A DNA stretch of 63,499 bases, filler included, from an uncultured bacterium (GTDB lineage Bacteria > CAZSTA01), in assembly GCA_964609495.1 (NCBI GenBank). It is 5 parts of 5 records of this genome, joined end to end, with 100 filler letters (N's around TTAATTAATTAA, not from the genome) between each part and the next. Parts side by side here need not be neighbours in the genome. Positions count along the whole stretch, not along the records: positions 25,976 to 38,792 come from CAZSTA010000101.1; 4 more parts are not named here. One strand, written 5' to 3'. Shown here piece after piece: positions 27,528 to 37,537 of the stretch (the first letter of the stretch is position 1; each line of letters opens with the position of its first letter). The position numbers and the translations under genes are program-made. The notes beneath the pieces are model-generated. The model did not search any database, was not told the origin of the DNA, and saw only the letters and a program-made list of their open reading frames with translations.

Positions 27528-28298
27528 ATTTTTTCGGGATGCTCTGGATGGTATTATGAGCATTGGAGAGGGAAATTCTATCCAGAATCGCTTGGTAAGA
27601 GTAAGTGGTTGCAGTTCTACAGTAAGGAATTTAATAGTGTAGAACTTAATAATACTTTCTACCACTTCCCTCGAGAGAGGAACTTAAAAGCCTGGTATTC
27701 CAAAGTCCCTAGCGATTTCAAATTCTCGGTGAAAGCCACTAGGTCGATAACTCATACGAGGAAGTTCTCGAATACTGAAGCTCTTATCAAGGATTTCTAT
27801 TCGGCTTTGGAGTTTCTAGGGGATAAATTAGGTTGTATCCTATTCCAACTCCCTCCTCAGCTTAAGAAGAATCTCGATATATTGGCTAAAATTGTTGAGC
27901 AGTTGGATAAGGAGAAGAGCAACGTCTTGGAATTTCGTGATCCCTCATGGTTTTCTGAAGAGGTATATGAGATACTGAGGGATAACAATATTGGTATGTG
28001 TTCCCTCAGTGCTCCCCGATCTTCGGGATTGCCCGAGGAAATTATAACAACTTCCGATACATACTATATCAGATTTCACGGTAGGGATGATTGGTATAGT
28101 TACAACTACTCCGAGGAAGAATTAAGAAGATGGGCTGAGAAGATTAAGGCTCTCGAAGTTGGAAGTAGAAACAGAGATAATTCAAAGATAACTCCGCCTG
28201 AGAAATTGAAGATATTCATCTATTTCAACAATGATTACGAGGCTTATGCTCCTGAGAATTGCAAGCGCTTGAGGGAACTCATAGTTTCAGCTATCTAA
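27519..28298 (+). CDS. DUF72 (YecE/UPF0759) family protein
   Basis: GCSGWYY.HW...FYP, VELNNTFY, LFQLPP, EFR..SW, YIRFHG, YFNN. Confidence 0.93.
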   Translation: MTEIFSGCSGWYYEHWRGKFYPESLGKSKWLQFYSKEFNSVELNNTFYHFPRERNLKAWYSKVPSDFKFSVKATRSITHTRKFSNTEALIKDFYSALEFLGDKLGCILFQLPPQLKKNLDILAKIVEQLDKEKSNVLEFRDPSWFSEEVYEILRDNNIGMCSLSAPRSSGLPEEIITTSDTYYIRFHGRDDWYSYNYSEEELRRWAEKIKALEVGSRNRDNSKITPPEKLKIFIYFNNDYEAYAPENCKRLRELIVSAI

Positions 28299-28337
28299 CT
28301 AAGCAGTCAAATCTTTAATAAAGTAGGTGAGAAAGGA

Positions 28338-28571
28338 ATGGCAGAAGAGACAGCAGTTTTAGCCGATTTTGTAGCTATCAAAGCTTTGGAGAATGGAGTG
28401 ACCATTATCGGTATCACTAGAGGTAAGGAGAGCAGGGTCCATCATACGGAGAAGCTTGATGCCGGCGAAGTTATGTTCGCTCAATTCACCGAGGATATCT
28501 CAGCCATAAAGATTAGAGGCAGATCCGAAATCACGAGTAAGTATGGTAAAATTACGACTGGGGGTGAATAA
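28338..28571 (+). CDS. mtrB: trp RNA-binding attenuation protein (TRAP)
   Basis: DFVAIKALENGVTIIGITRG...HHTEKLDAGEV..AQFTE..SAIKIRG aligns without gaps to Bacillus MtrB. Confidence 0.95.
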   Translation: MAEETAVLADFVAIKALENGVTIIGITRGKESRVHHTEKLDAGEVMFAQFTEDISAIKIRGRSEITSKYGKITTGGE

Positions 28572-28573
28572 GG

Positions 28574-28756
28574 GAGGTGAGAAGGGTAATATAATAGATT
28601 AGATAAGATTAGATGAGCAGATAGATTAGGATATCCGAAAACCTAAGATATTTATCAACCGAGCTCATCTTAATCAAAAATCCGAGATATTCACAGCTTA
28701 GAGATCATCCGATCTTTAAGGTGTGAACTATAGATCGACAGCTCGGTTTTTCATTT
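28574..28756 (+). promoter_or_regulatory. TRAP-dependent attenuator (NAG array, antiterminator, terminator)
   Basis: TAG-AT-TAG-AT-AAG-AT-TAG-AT-GAG-CAGA-TAG-AT-TAG at 28595-28629; 28608-28619 pairs with 28663-28675; alternatively 28657-28665 pairs with 28740-28748 followed by TTTCATTT. Confidence 0.8.
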
Positions 28757-28842
28757 GGAAGAGATCGCGATCCTACTTAGGAAGCCATCATCGAGCGGAT
28801 TAAAACTTCTGTAGTCGAGTTTAGAAAGATTGAGAGGAGGAA

Positions 28843-30324
28843 ATGATGTATAAACCAACCTTCGCTGAGTTTAAGAGATTAGCTGAGCACGGGAATTTGA
28901 TACCCATTTACAAGGAGATACTTGCCGATCTGGAGACCCCGGTATCCGCCTTTAAGAAGCTTCGAGAGGGAGAGAAGTTCGCCTTCCTTCTTGAGAGCGT
29001 GGAAGGTGGGGAGAGGGTCGCTAGATATTCTTTTCTGGGGAGCGATCCCTTCTTAATCGTTCGGAGTAAAGGGGATAAGTGGCTAATAGAGGAGAATGGA
29101 GAGAAGAGAGAAGAGAAATCGGAAGATGATCCCCTGAGATATCTTGAGAGGATGCTCAAGAGGTATAAGCCGATCGCTCATCACGAATTATCGGAGTTAC
29201 CACGCTTCTATGGTGGCGCAGTGGGATATCTAAGTTATGATATGGTCAGGTACTTCGAGAAGTTGCCCGATCTATTGGAGGACGATCTTCACTTCCCCGA
29301 TTGTGCCTTCCTCTTAACCGATACCATTTTGGTATTCGATCATGTAAAACATAAGATCAAGATCGTAGCTAACGTTTCGGTCGACTCTGATCTCAAGAAA
29401 GCTTATCATAAGGCCCTCGATAAGATAGAGGCGATAGAACATAAATTGAAATCTCCCCAGCCTTATCCCAACGATCATCAGCCTAAGCCCCTGAAGGTGG
29501 AATCCAACTTCTCCCGAGAGGAATTCATCAGGGGTGTGGAAAAAATTAAGGATTACATCCGGGCAGGGGATATCATTCAAGCTGTCTTTTCCCAGAGGTT
29601 CGCTACTACCCTCTCCAACGATTCCTTCGATGTCTATAGGGCTTTGCGCTCCATTAATCCCTCCCCCTATATGTTCTACTTGAAGTTCGATGATTTCAGT
29701 ATCTTAGGTTCTTCTCCCGAACTTTTGGTGCGGGTCGAGGACGATCGAGTCCAATATCGTCCTTTGGCAGGAACTAGGAGGAGAGGGGAGACACCGAAGG
29801 AGGATAAACAATTGGAGGAGGAGTTACTTGCGGACGAGAAGGAGCGGGCGGAGCATGTGATGTTAGTCGATCTAGGGAGGAACGACATCGGTCGAGTCTG
29901 TGGCTACGGGACCGTCAAAGTCTCCGAGTTGATGGCGGTCGAGCGATATTCCCATGTGATGCATATCGTCTCGAACGTTGAGGGGCAACTCAGACCGGAT
30001 AAGACTCCTTTTGATGCCCTACGAGCTTGTTTTCCCGCGGGGACGGTAACCGGAGCTCCGAAGATCAGAGCTATGGAGATAATAGAGGAACTGGAACCAG
30101 TGAGGCGCGGTCCTTATGCGGGATCGGTGGGATATCTGGGATTCTCTGGGAATCTCGATACCTGCATCACTATCCGCACCATTATCGTCAAGGGTGATAA
30201 AGCCTATGTTCAGGCTGGAGCGGGAATCGTCGCCGATTCCGATCCCGAAAGCGAATATCAGGAAACGGCGAATAAGGCTAAAGCCTTGCTAACCGCGATC
30301 GAGGTGGCGGAAAGGGGGCTTTAG
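28843..30324 (+). CDS. trpE: Anthranilate synthase component I
   Basis: [42 protein letters not shown]. Confidence 0.97.
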   Translation: MMYKPTFAEFKRLAEHGNLIPIYKEILADLETPVSAFKKLREGEKFAFLLESVEGGERVARYSFLGSDPFLIVRSKGDKWLIEENGEKREEKSEDDPLRYLERMLKRYKPIAHHELSELPRFYGGAVGYLSYDMVRYFEKLPDLLEDDLHFPDCAFLLTDTILVFDHVKHKIKIVANVSVDSDLKKAYHKALDKIEAIEHKLKSPQPYPNDHQPKPLKVESNFSREEFIRGVEKIKDYIRAGDIIQAVFSQRFATTLSNDSFDVYRALRSINPSPYMFYLKFDDFSILGSSPELLVRVEDDRVQYRPLAGTRRRGETPKEDKQLEEELLADEKERAEHVMLVDLGRNDIGRVCGYGTVKVSELMAVERYSHVMHIVSNVEGQLRPDKTPFDALRACFPAGTVTGAPKIRAMEIIEELEPVRRGPYAGSVGYLGFSGNLDTCITIRTIIVKGDKAYVQAGAGIVADSDPESEYQETANKAKALLTAIEVAERGL

Positions 30325-30326
30325 AG

Positions 30327-30944
30327 ATGATCCTAATGATCGATAATTACGATTCTTTTACTTACAATCTGGTCCAGTATCTGGGCGAATTGGGGGCTGA
30401 GCTCTCCGTCTATCGCAATGATAAGATAACCGTGGAGGAGATGAAGAGCCTCGATCCCGATCGGATCGTTATCTCCCCAGGTCCTTGCACTCCTAATGAG
30501 GCTGGGATATCCAACGAGGTAGTCGAGGAGTTCGCGGGGAGAGTCCCGATCCTTGGTGTCTGTCTGGGGAATCAATGTATAGGGCAAGTCTTTGGGGGCG
30601 AGATAGTGCGAGCCCAGAGATTAATGCATGGAAAGACCTCTGAGATCCATCATGATGGTCTTTCGATCTTCTGTGGCTTGCCGAACCCTTTCATCGCCAC
30701 TCGTTACCATTCTTTAGCGATAGATAGGGATAGCGTTCCTGATTGTCTGGAGGTAACTGCTAGGGCTGAGGATGGGGAGATAATGGGAGTGAGGCACAAG
30801 AAATATGCTGTAGAGGGGGTCCAGTTTCATCCCGAGTCGATATTGACTCCGATGGGGAAGAGACTGCTGGCTAACTTTTTGCATAGGGATTTCTCGGATA
30901 AATTGCCTTTGAGTGCTGAGAATATCGAGGTTACTATCAGATAA
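30327..30944 (+). CDS. trpG: Anthranilate/ADC synthase glutamine amidotransferase
   Basis: [31 protein letters not shown]. Confidence 0.96.
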   Translation: MILMIDNYDSFTYNLVQYLGELGAELSVYRNDKITVEEMKSLDPDRIVISPGPCTPNEAGISNEVVEEFAGRVPILGVCLGNQCIGQVFGGEIVRAQRLMHGKTSEIHHDGLSIFCGLPNPFIATRYHSLAIDRDSVPDCLEVTARAEDGEIMGVRHKKYAVEGVQFHPESILTPMGKRLLANFLHRDFSDKLPLSAENIEVTIR

Positions 30945-30964
30945 GATTAGAGGAGGTCGGGTAA

Positions 30965-31978
30965 ATGATCAAAGAGAGTATTAGAAAGGTAGTTGAGAGG
31001 GAAGATTTAACTTTGCCAGAAGCCCAGCAAACTATGGAGGAGATTATGAGCGGAGAGGCAGCTCCTGCTCAGATAGCTTCCTTTATCACCGCCTTGCGAA
31101 TGAAGGGAGAGACGGTAGAGGAGATCTCGGGCTTTGCCAAGACTATGCGCTCCAAAGCTACCCAGATCAAGACAGAAAGAGAACCACTCATTGATACCTG
31201 TGGAACAGGAGGGGATGGAGCTAAAACCTTCAATATCTCCACCGCTACCGCTTTCGTCGCAGCTGGAGCAGGGATCGCAGTTGCCAAGCATGGAAATCGC
31301 TCGGTATCAAGTAATTGTGGAAGTGCAGATGTCCTGAAGGAGCTAGGGGTCAATCTAGAGCTGAGTCCAGAGAAAGTCGGAGAATGCATCGATGAGGTCG
31401 GTATTGGCTTCCTCTATGCGCCTCTTCTCCACAAAGCGATGAAGTATGCCATCGGTCCCAGAAGGGAGATGGGGATAAGAACGGTCTTTAATATCCTGGG
31501 TCCCCTGACAAACCCTGCGGGAGCTAAGAGACAGATAATGGGCGTCTTCGATATAAATCTGACCGAGGCTTTAGCGGAAGTCCTTCAAAATCTAGGAGGA
31601 GAACATTGCTTCGTTGTCCACAGCGAAGATGGCTTGGACGAGATAACCATCACTGGGGTCACTAAGATATCGGAGGCTAAGGATGGGAAGGTCGATACTT
31701 ACTATCTAGATCCTAGAGAATTAGGCTTCAAGCTTGCCTCCCTGGAGGAAGTGCGCGGAGGAGATGTCAAGAAAAATGCGCAGATGCTCTTGGATGTTCT
31801 AGGTGGAGAGAATGGACCTACGAGGGACATAGTTCTATTGAACTCCGCAGCCGCTATAATCGCGGGAGGGAAGGTCAATGATTTCGCTGAGGGGCTAGAG
31901 TTGGCTAGGGAATCTATAGACTCAGGAGAGGCTATGCGAAAGCTTTCTGCTATGCGAGAGTTCACAAACGCCGTTTAG
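30965..31978 (+). CDS. trpD: Anthranilate phosphoribosyltransferase
   Basis: DTCGTGGD, KHGNRSVSS, GPLTNPA. Confidence 0.97.
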   Translation: MIKESIRKVVEREDLTLPEAQQTMEEIMSGEAAPAQIASFITALRMKGETVEEISGFAKTMRSKATQIKTEREPLIDTCGTGGDGAKTFNISTATAFVAAGAGIAVAKHGNRSVSSNCGSADVLKELGVNLELSPEKVGECIDEVGIGFLYAPLLHKAMKYAIGPRREMGIRTVFNILGPLTNPAGAKRQIMGVFDINLTEALAEVLQNLGGEHCFVVHSEDGLDEITITGVTKISEAKDGKVDTYYLDPRELGFKLASLEEVRGGDVKKNAQMLLDVLGGENGPTRDIVLLNSAAAIIAGGKVNDFAEGLELARESIDSGEAMRKLSAMREFTNAV

Positions 31979-32013
31979 GCACATAATATTGAGAAGAAGG
32001 GGAGAATAAGGAT

Positions 32014-32793
32014 TTGATCTTGGACGATATTATCGCGCATAAAAAAGAGGAGGTCGCAGAGAATAAGAGGAAAGTCCCTCTTTCTGTGTTGAAAGCTAAA
32101 TTAATGGGACTGCCTCCTACTCGTCCCTTCGCCGAGAGGTTGAAGAACTCGCCTCCTATCAAACTGATAGCGGAGATCAAGAAAGCCTCCCCCTCCCGAG
32201 GGGTCATCAGGGAGGATTTCAATCCAATCGCTATCGCTCAGATCTATGAGAAAAGTGGAGCCTCTGCTATCTCAGTCCTCACCGACGAGAGGTTCTTTCA
32301 GGGTCATCTTTCCTCTCTCCGCCGTATCAGTTATAGAAGTAAAGTTCCCCTTTTGCGCAAAGATTTTATCATAGATGAATATCAGATCTATGAATCCCGA
32401 TTATGGCGTGCCGATGCGATCCTCCTCATCGTATCCGTTCTAGGAGGAGAGAAGGTTGCGAACTTCATAAAGCTCGCCTCTGACTTAGGTTTAGATTGCC
32501 TGGTGGAAGTTCACAATGAAGCGGAGTTAGAGGAAGCTTTGAGGGCTTCTGCTGACATAGTAGGAATCAACAATCGTAATTTGAAGGATTTCACTGTAGA
32601 TCTCAATACCACTTTCCATCTTCTAAAGTTTATCCCTGAGAATAAAATAGTGGTAAGTGAAAGCGGGATTTCCACTAGGGATGATGTCCTCTCTTTAGAG
32701 GAAAAGGGGGTAAATGCTATCCTGGTGGGGGAAGCTCTCATGAGAGAAGCTGATATCCAGCGCAAAGTGGAGGAGTTGTTAGGGGTTTCATAG
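32014..32793 (+). CDS. trpC: Indole-3-glycerol phosphate synthase
   Basis: IAEIKKASPS, LRKDF, GINNRNL, SESGI. Confidence 0.97.
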   Translation: MILDDIIAHKKEEVAENKRKVPLSVLKAKLMGLPPTRPFAERLKNSPPIKLIAEIKKASPSRGVIREDFNPIAIAQIYEKSGASAISVLTDERFFQGHLSSLRRISYRSKVPLLRKDFIIDEYQIYESRLWRADAILLIVSVLGGEKVANFIKLASDLGLDCLVEVHNEAELEEALRASADIVGINNRNLKDFTVDLNTTFHLLKFIPENKIVVSESGISTRDDVLSLEEKGVNAILVGEALMREADIQRKVEELLGVS

Positions 32794-32797
32794 GAGT

Positions 32798-33442
32798 ATG
32801 GATATGGGAGTTATGGAGAGGATCGAGGCTGAGGCGAAGAAGATGTTCGTAGAAGCTAAGCCCACTCACGATTGGGATCATATAAAGCGCGTTCTTCATC
32901 TAGTGAGGCGGATGGGGGCCGAAGCTCAGGCGGATCTTCAAATTCTAACCGCGGCCGCGCTCCTCCATGATATAGGACGAGTGGAGGCTGATAAAAGTGG
33001 TGAGTGCCACGCAGAAAAAGGGGCGGAGATGGCGGAAGGGATATTAGAGAAATGCGATTTTCCCTCTGAGAAGAGGAAGGCGGTTATCCATTGTATCCGT
33101 AGCCATCGTTTTCGAGATGATAATGTTCCTAAGACTTTAGAGGCGAAGATCTTATATGATGCGGATAAATTAGACGCGATAGGAGCTATCGGGATATGTC
33201 GAGCTTACTCCTATGCTGGTGAGAATGGTCAGCGTCTATATTCCGATTTTGAGGAGGAGGTCCGTTTAACTAAGGTTGTAGATCACAGCGAGCATACCCC
33301 GGTGGTGGAATTCAAGGTTAAACTGAGCCATATTAAGGATAAGATGCTTACTCCTATGGGGAGGAAGCTCGCTGAGGAAAGACATAAATATATGGTATCC
33401 TTCTTCGAGAGGCTGAAAAGGGAGATCGAAGGCGAACTTTGA
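32798..33442 (+). CDS. HD-domain phosphohydrolase (YedJ-like)
   Basis: HDWDH..RV, LLHDIG, DADKLDAIGA. Confidence 0.9.
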   Translation: MDMGVMERIEAEAKKMFVEAKPTHDWDHIKRVLHLVRRMGAEAQADLQILTAAALLHDIGRVEADKSGECHAEKGAEMAEGILEKCDFPSEKRKAVIHCIRSHRFRDDNVPKTLEAKILYDADKLDAIGAIGICRAYSYAGENGQRLYSDFEEEVRLTKVVDHSEHTPVVEFKVKLSHIKDKMLTPMGRKLAEERHKYMVSFFERLKREIEGEL

Positions 33443-33676
33443 GCGAGGAGGTGATAACTGCTAAAAACTTGCCAAATGAGAATTTTCCCTCCAAGCATCC
33501 ATAAAAGCAGAAGATAACGGCTTCACTCTTGGGTTTTGTAAGCTAGGTTAGGAGCGGTAGAGGGAGGAGAAGTTACCCTAGTTGAGAAGAGCAAATGCGT
33601 TGGATGTGAAAGTCGAAATGTAGGTGTAGTTAAGTTTATAAGTTTAAGGAGAATAGAAAAAGGAGGAAAAATTAGC

Positions 33677-35038
33677 ATGGATGATATAAAGACCATACTT
33701 CCGGAGAGTGAGATGCCTGATGCTTGGTATAATATAGCGGCGGATATACCCCGACCTCTGGCTCCAGCTCTGCATCCGGTTACTCAAAAACCGCTTACTC
33801 CGGATGATCTTGCCCCTATATTCCCGATGGGGCTCATTATGCAGGAGGCTAGTCAAGAGCGCTGGATAGATATCCCTGGGGAGGTGATCGATATCTATCG
33901 TATGTGGAGACCTACTCCTTTACACCGCGCCCGAAGGTTAGAGAAGTTCTTAGATACTCCAGCTAAGATCTACTATAAGAATGAAGGAGTAAGCCCTCCA
34001 GGGAGCCACAAGCCCAACACTGCTGTCGCTCAAGCTTACTACAATAAGCAGGAGGGGGTAAAACGACTGACTACGGAGACGGGAGCAGGACAGTGGGGAA
34101 GTGCCTTGAGTTTCGCCTGTAACATCTTCGGGCTCGACTGCACAGTCTATATGGTTAAGATCAGCTATGACCAGAAGCCCTATCGTAAGTCTATGATGCA
34201 CACCTGGGGAGCCGAGGTTATATCTAGTCCTACCTATGGAACCAAAGTCGGAAGAGCGATCTTGGAGAAGGATCCTGATTCTCTAGGAAGCCTAGGGATA
34301 TCTATTAGTGAAGCGGTGGAGGATGCAGTAACCCATGAGGATAGTAGGTATTCTCTAGGGAGCGTTCTGAATCACGTCATTCTCCATCAGACGATCGTCG
34401 GCTTAGAGGCTAAAAAGCAATTAGAGATGATCGGTGAGTATCCGGATATCCTCATCGGATGCGTTGGAGGGGGAAGTAATATGTCCGGTTTCACTTTTCC
34501 TTTCGTCCAGGACAAGCTTCGATATGGGAAGGAGATGCGAGTCATCGCTGTAGAGCCTACCGCTTGTCCGACTCTAACTAAGGGGCTATACAAATACGAC
34601 TACGGAGATACCGCTCAGATGGCTCCTATAGTGATGATGTATACCCTAGGGCATGACTTCATCCCCCCAGCAATCCACTCCGGGGGATTGCGTTATCACG
34701 GAGATGCTCCCCTGTTATGTTTGCTCTACGATGAAGGGATCGTTGAGGCGGTGGCTTATCATCAGAATTATGCTTTCGAAGCTGCGATTATCTTCGCCAA
34801 ACAGGAGGGAATAGTTCCTGCTCCTGAGACTGCCCATGCCATCAGATCAGCGATCGATGAAGCTTTGAAGTGTAAGGAAAGCGGTGAGAAGAAGACCATC
34901 ATCTTTAATATGAGCGGTCATGGGCATTTCGATCTTGCGGCCTATGATGCTTACCTAGCAGGAGAACTGGAGGATTATGAATATCCAGAGGAGAAGATCG
35001 AGGAGGCTCTTAAGAACCTACCGAAGGTAGAGGTTTAA
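33677..35038 (+). CDS. trpB2: TrpB2-type tryptophan synthase beta
   Basis: [35 protein letters not shown]. Confidence 0.95.
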   Translation: MDDIKTILPESEMPDAWYNIAADIPRPLAPALHPVTQKPLTPDDLAPIFPMGLIMQEASQERWIDIPGEVIDIYRMWRPTPLHRARRLEKFLDTPAKIYYKNEGVSPPGSHKPNTAVAQAYYNKQEGVKRLTTETGAGQWGSALSFACNIFGLDCTVYMVKISYDQKPYRKSMMHTWGAEVISSPTYGTKVGRAILEKDPDSLGSLGISISEAVEDAVTHEDSRYSLGSVLNHVILHQTIVGLEAKKQLEMIGEYPDILIGCVGGGSNMSGFTFPFVQDKLRYGKEMRVIAVEPTACPTLTKGLYKYDYGDTAQMAPIVMMYTLGHDFIPPAIHSGGLRYHGDAPLLCLLYDEGIVEAVAYHQNYAFEAAIIFAKQEGIVPAPETAHAIRSAIDEALKCKESGEKKTIIFNMSGHGHFDLAAYDAYLAGELEDYEYPEEKIEEALKNLPKVEV

Positions 35039-35047
35039 GCTGATAAA

Positions 35048-35082
35048 GGCATCGGATCTGGAGAATTTCTAGGTCCGATGCT
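35048..35082 (+). other. Intra-operon stem-loop after trpB2
   Basis: GGCATCGGATCTGGAG...TTCTAGGTCCGATGCT, no U-tract. Confidence 0.5.
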
Positions 35083-35110
35083 ATCCCTAGGAGAAAATCA
35101 GGAGTAAAAA

Positions 35111-35749
35111 TTGACCAGGATTAAGATATGTGGAATCACTAATTTAGAAGATGCCCAAATAGCAGCGGAGCTAGGGGCTGATGCCTTAGGCTTTATCTTC
35201 GCTCCCAGCCCCCGCCAAGTTAGCCTTCAAAGGGCGAAGGAGATAATCCAAAAACTTCCCCCTTTTCTGACCAAGGTGGGCGTGTTCGTCAACGAGGAGT
35301 TGAATACCGTAGCTCGGGCTATGAGCTACTGTGGATTAGATGTGGTTCAGCTTCATGGGGAGGAAACTCCTGACTACTGCCGTTCGTTGGGGGAGAGGTG
35401 GAGAGTTATAAAGAGTTTCCGAGTTAAGGATGGAGATAGCCTCCTGCCTCTTCCTGATTATGAGGTGAGCGCCTATCTATTAGATACTTATGTAAAGGGT
35501 ATCGCCGGAGGAACGGGAAAGACCTTCAACTGGGAATTAGCTCGGGAAGCCAAGCGATTCGGAAGAATAATACTAGCCGGAGGTCTCAATCCAGAGAATA
35601 TCACTGAGGCTATAGAAACGGTTAAGTGCTATGCGGTAGATGTTAGCAGTGGGATAGAAGCTGAGAGGGGAAAGAAGGATTTTGATAAGATGAGGCTGTT
35701 CATCAAAAGGGCAAAGGAAGCCTCTTTGAATATCGCTTTTGAAATATGA
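35111..35749 (+). CDS. trpF: Phosphoribosylanthranilate isomerase
   Basis: KICGIT, VQLHG.E, GGTG, LAGGL, VDVSSG. Confidence 0.97.
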   Translation: MTRIKICGITNLEDAQIAAELGADALGFIFAPSPRQVSLQRAKEIIQKLPPFLTKVGVFVNEELNTVARAMSYCGLDVVQLHGEETPDYCRSLGERWRVIKSFRVKDGDSLLPLPDYEVSAYLLDTYVKGIAGGTGKTFNWELAREAKRFGRIILAGGLNPENITEAIETVKCYAVDVSSGIEAERGKKDFDKMRLFIKRAKEASLNIAFEI

Positions 35750-36303
35750 AGATAATCGAATTAACTGCTCCTCTGAGAGATGAGGACATAGCTAAGCTTA
35801 GGAGTGGCGATAGAGTATTGTTAAGTGGGGTGCTCTACACCGGTCGGGACTCTGCTCATAAGAGACTGATCGAGGCGATAGAGAGAGGAGAAAAACTACC
35901 CTTCGATCTCCGGGGACAGATAATCTATTACGTAGGACCTGCTCCTGCTCGACCAGATCAGGTGATCGGTCCTGCGGGTCCTACTACTAGCGGGCGAATG
36001 GATTTATACACTCCACCCTTACTGGAAAGAGGATTAAAGGGAACGATTGGGAAAGGGACTCGCTCTAAGATCGTTAAGGAAGCCCTAAAAAAGTATAAAG
36101 CCCTTTACTTCGCTACTCTAGGGGGAGCTGGGGCTCTGCTCTCTCGTTCCATCAAAAAAGCCGAGGTGATAGCTTATAAGGATTTGGGAACAGAGGCGAT
36201 ACGCCTCTTGGAGGTGGAGGATTTTCCCGCTATAGTGATAAATGATATGTATGGAGGGGATCTTTACGAAGAGGGAGTGAGAAAGTATAGACGAGGAAGT
36301 TGA
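35746..36303 (+). CDS. Fe-S hydro-lyase (fumarase/tartrate dehydratase) beta subunit
   Basis: LSG..YTGRDSAH, YYVGP, GPTTSGRM, IGKG. Confidence 0.92.
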   Translation: MKIIELTAPLRDEDIAKLRSGDRVLLSGVLYTGRDSAHKRLIEAIERGEKLPFDLRGQIIYYVGPAPARPDQVIGPAGPTTSGRMDLYTPPLLERGLKGTIGKGTRSKIVKEALKKYKALYFATLGGAGALLSRSIKKAEVIAYKDLGTEAIRLLEVEDFPAIVINDMYGGDLYEEGVRKYRRGS

Positions 36304-36331
36304 ATTATCATACTTTTAGGAGCGTTAAACT

Positions 36332-37537
36332 ATGATAGAGGATACAATAGTATTACCCGATAAGCAAGGACATTTTGGTCCCTATGGGGGGAAATTCGTC
36401 CCCGAAACCTTGATGCCCGCTTTAGAGGAGTTGGAACAAGCCTATCTGGAGGCTAAAGAGAGTGTGGGATTTCAGAGGGAATTAAATTATTACCTCAAAC
36501 AGTATGCTGGTCGTCCAAGCCCTCTCTACTTCGCCGAGAGATTGACCGAAAAATTGGGAGGAGCGAAGATATACCTTAAAAGGGAGGATCTGAATCATAC
36601 TGGCGCTCATAAGATCAATAACACCTTGGGACAGATACTCCTAGCCCAGAAGATGAAGAAGAGGAGAATAATCGCGGAGACCGGAGCTGGACAACACGGA
36701 GTCGCTACCGCTACGGCAGCAGCTATGTTCGGTATGGAGTGCGAGGTATATATGGGTGAGGAGGATATCGAAAGACAAGCTCTGAATGTCTTCCGAATGC
36801 GCCTTCTAGGAGCCAACGTAATCCCAGTCTCCGCTGGGAGTAGAACCTTAAAGGATGCGATGAACGAGGCAATTAGGGATTGGGTCACTAACGTCGAGAA
36901 CACCTATTATCTCATCGGCTCTGTCGCTGGTCCTCACCCCTATCCGATGATGGTAAGAGACTTTCAAGCGATAATTGGTAAGGAGGCTAAAGAGCAGATC
37001 ATAGAGCAGGAAGGGAGATTGCCGGACTATTTGATAGCCTGTGTGGGAGGGGGAAGTAACTCTATGGGACTATTCTATCCCTTCTTCGAGGACGAAGAGG
37101 TGAAGTTCATAGGTGTAGAGGCGGGAGGATTAGGTCTGGCCACTGGAAAGCACGCGGCTTCTTTGAAAGCTGGAAAGCCAGGGATACTTCATGGCGCTTT
37201 CAACTATGTCCTTCAGGACGACGATGGTCAAATTCTCACCACTCATTCTATATCGGCGGGCTTAGATTATCCGGGCGTTGGTCCCGAACACTGCTATTAC
37301 AAGGATATAGGTAGAGCTGAATATGTGGCGGTTACTGATGAGGAAGCTTTAGAGGCCTTCCAATCGCTTACCCAGATAGAAGGTATAATTCCCGCCTTAG
37401 AATCTGCCCATGCTGTAGCTTATACCAAGAAGTTAGCCCCTGAGCTGGATAAAGACGAGATAATTATAATCAACGTTTCAGGAAGAGGAGATAAGGACGC
37501 TTACACGGTAGCTAAAGTCTTGGGGGTGGAACTATGA
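36332..37537 (+). CDS. trpB: Tryptophan synthase beta chain (TrpB1)
   Basis: [34 protein letters not shown]. Confidence 0.98.
   Translation: MIEDTIVLPDKQGHFGPYGGKFVPETLMPALEELEQAYLEAKESVGFQRELNYYLKQYAGRPSPLYFAERLTEKLGGAKIYLKREDLNHTGAHKINNTLGQILLAQKMKKRRIIAETGAGQHGVATATAAAMFGMECEVYMGEEDIERQALNVFRMRLLGANVIPVSAGSRTLKDAMNEAIRDWVTNVENTYYLIGSVAGPHPYPMMVRDFQAIIGKEAKEQIIEQEGRLPDYLIACVGGGSNSMGLFYPFFEDEEVKFIGVEAGGLGLATGKHAASLKAGKPGILHGAFNYVLQDDDGQILTTHSISAGLDYPGVGPEHCYYKDIGRAEYVAVTDEEALEAFQSLTQIEGIIPALESAHAVAYTKKLAPELDKDEIIIINVSGRGDKDAYTVAKVLGVEL

Noticed and set aside
28590-28595. TATAAT as an internal trpE promoter
   Set aside because: No -35 or TG extension, and a start there would cut into the NAG array. 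It cannot be fully excluded without TSS data.
33443-33676. Possible anti-TRAP (rtpA) or ferredoxin between the HD gene and trpB2
   Set aside because: There is only one CxxC (KCVGC) in a frame without a convincing start, and no second CxxCxGxG. At most it is a decayed fragment.
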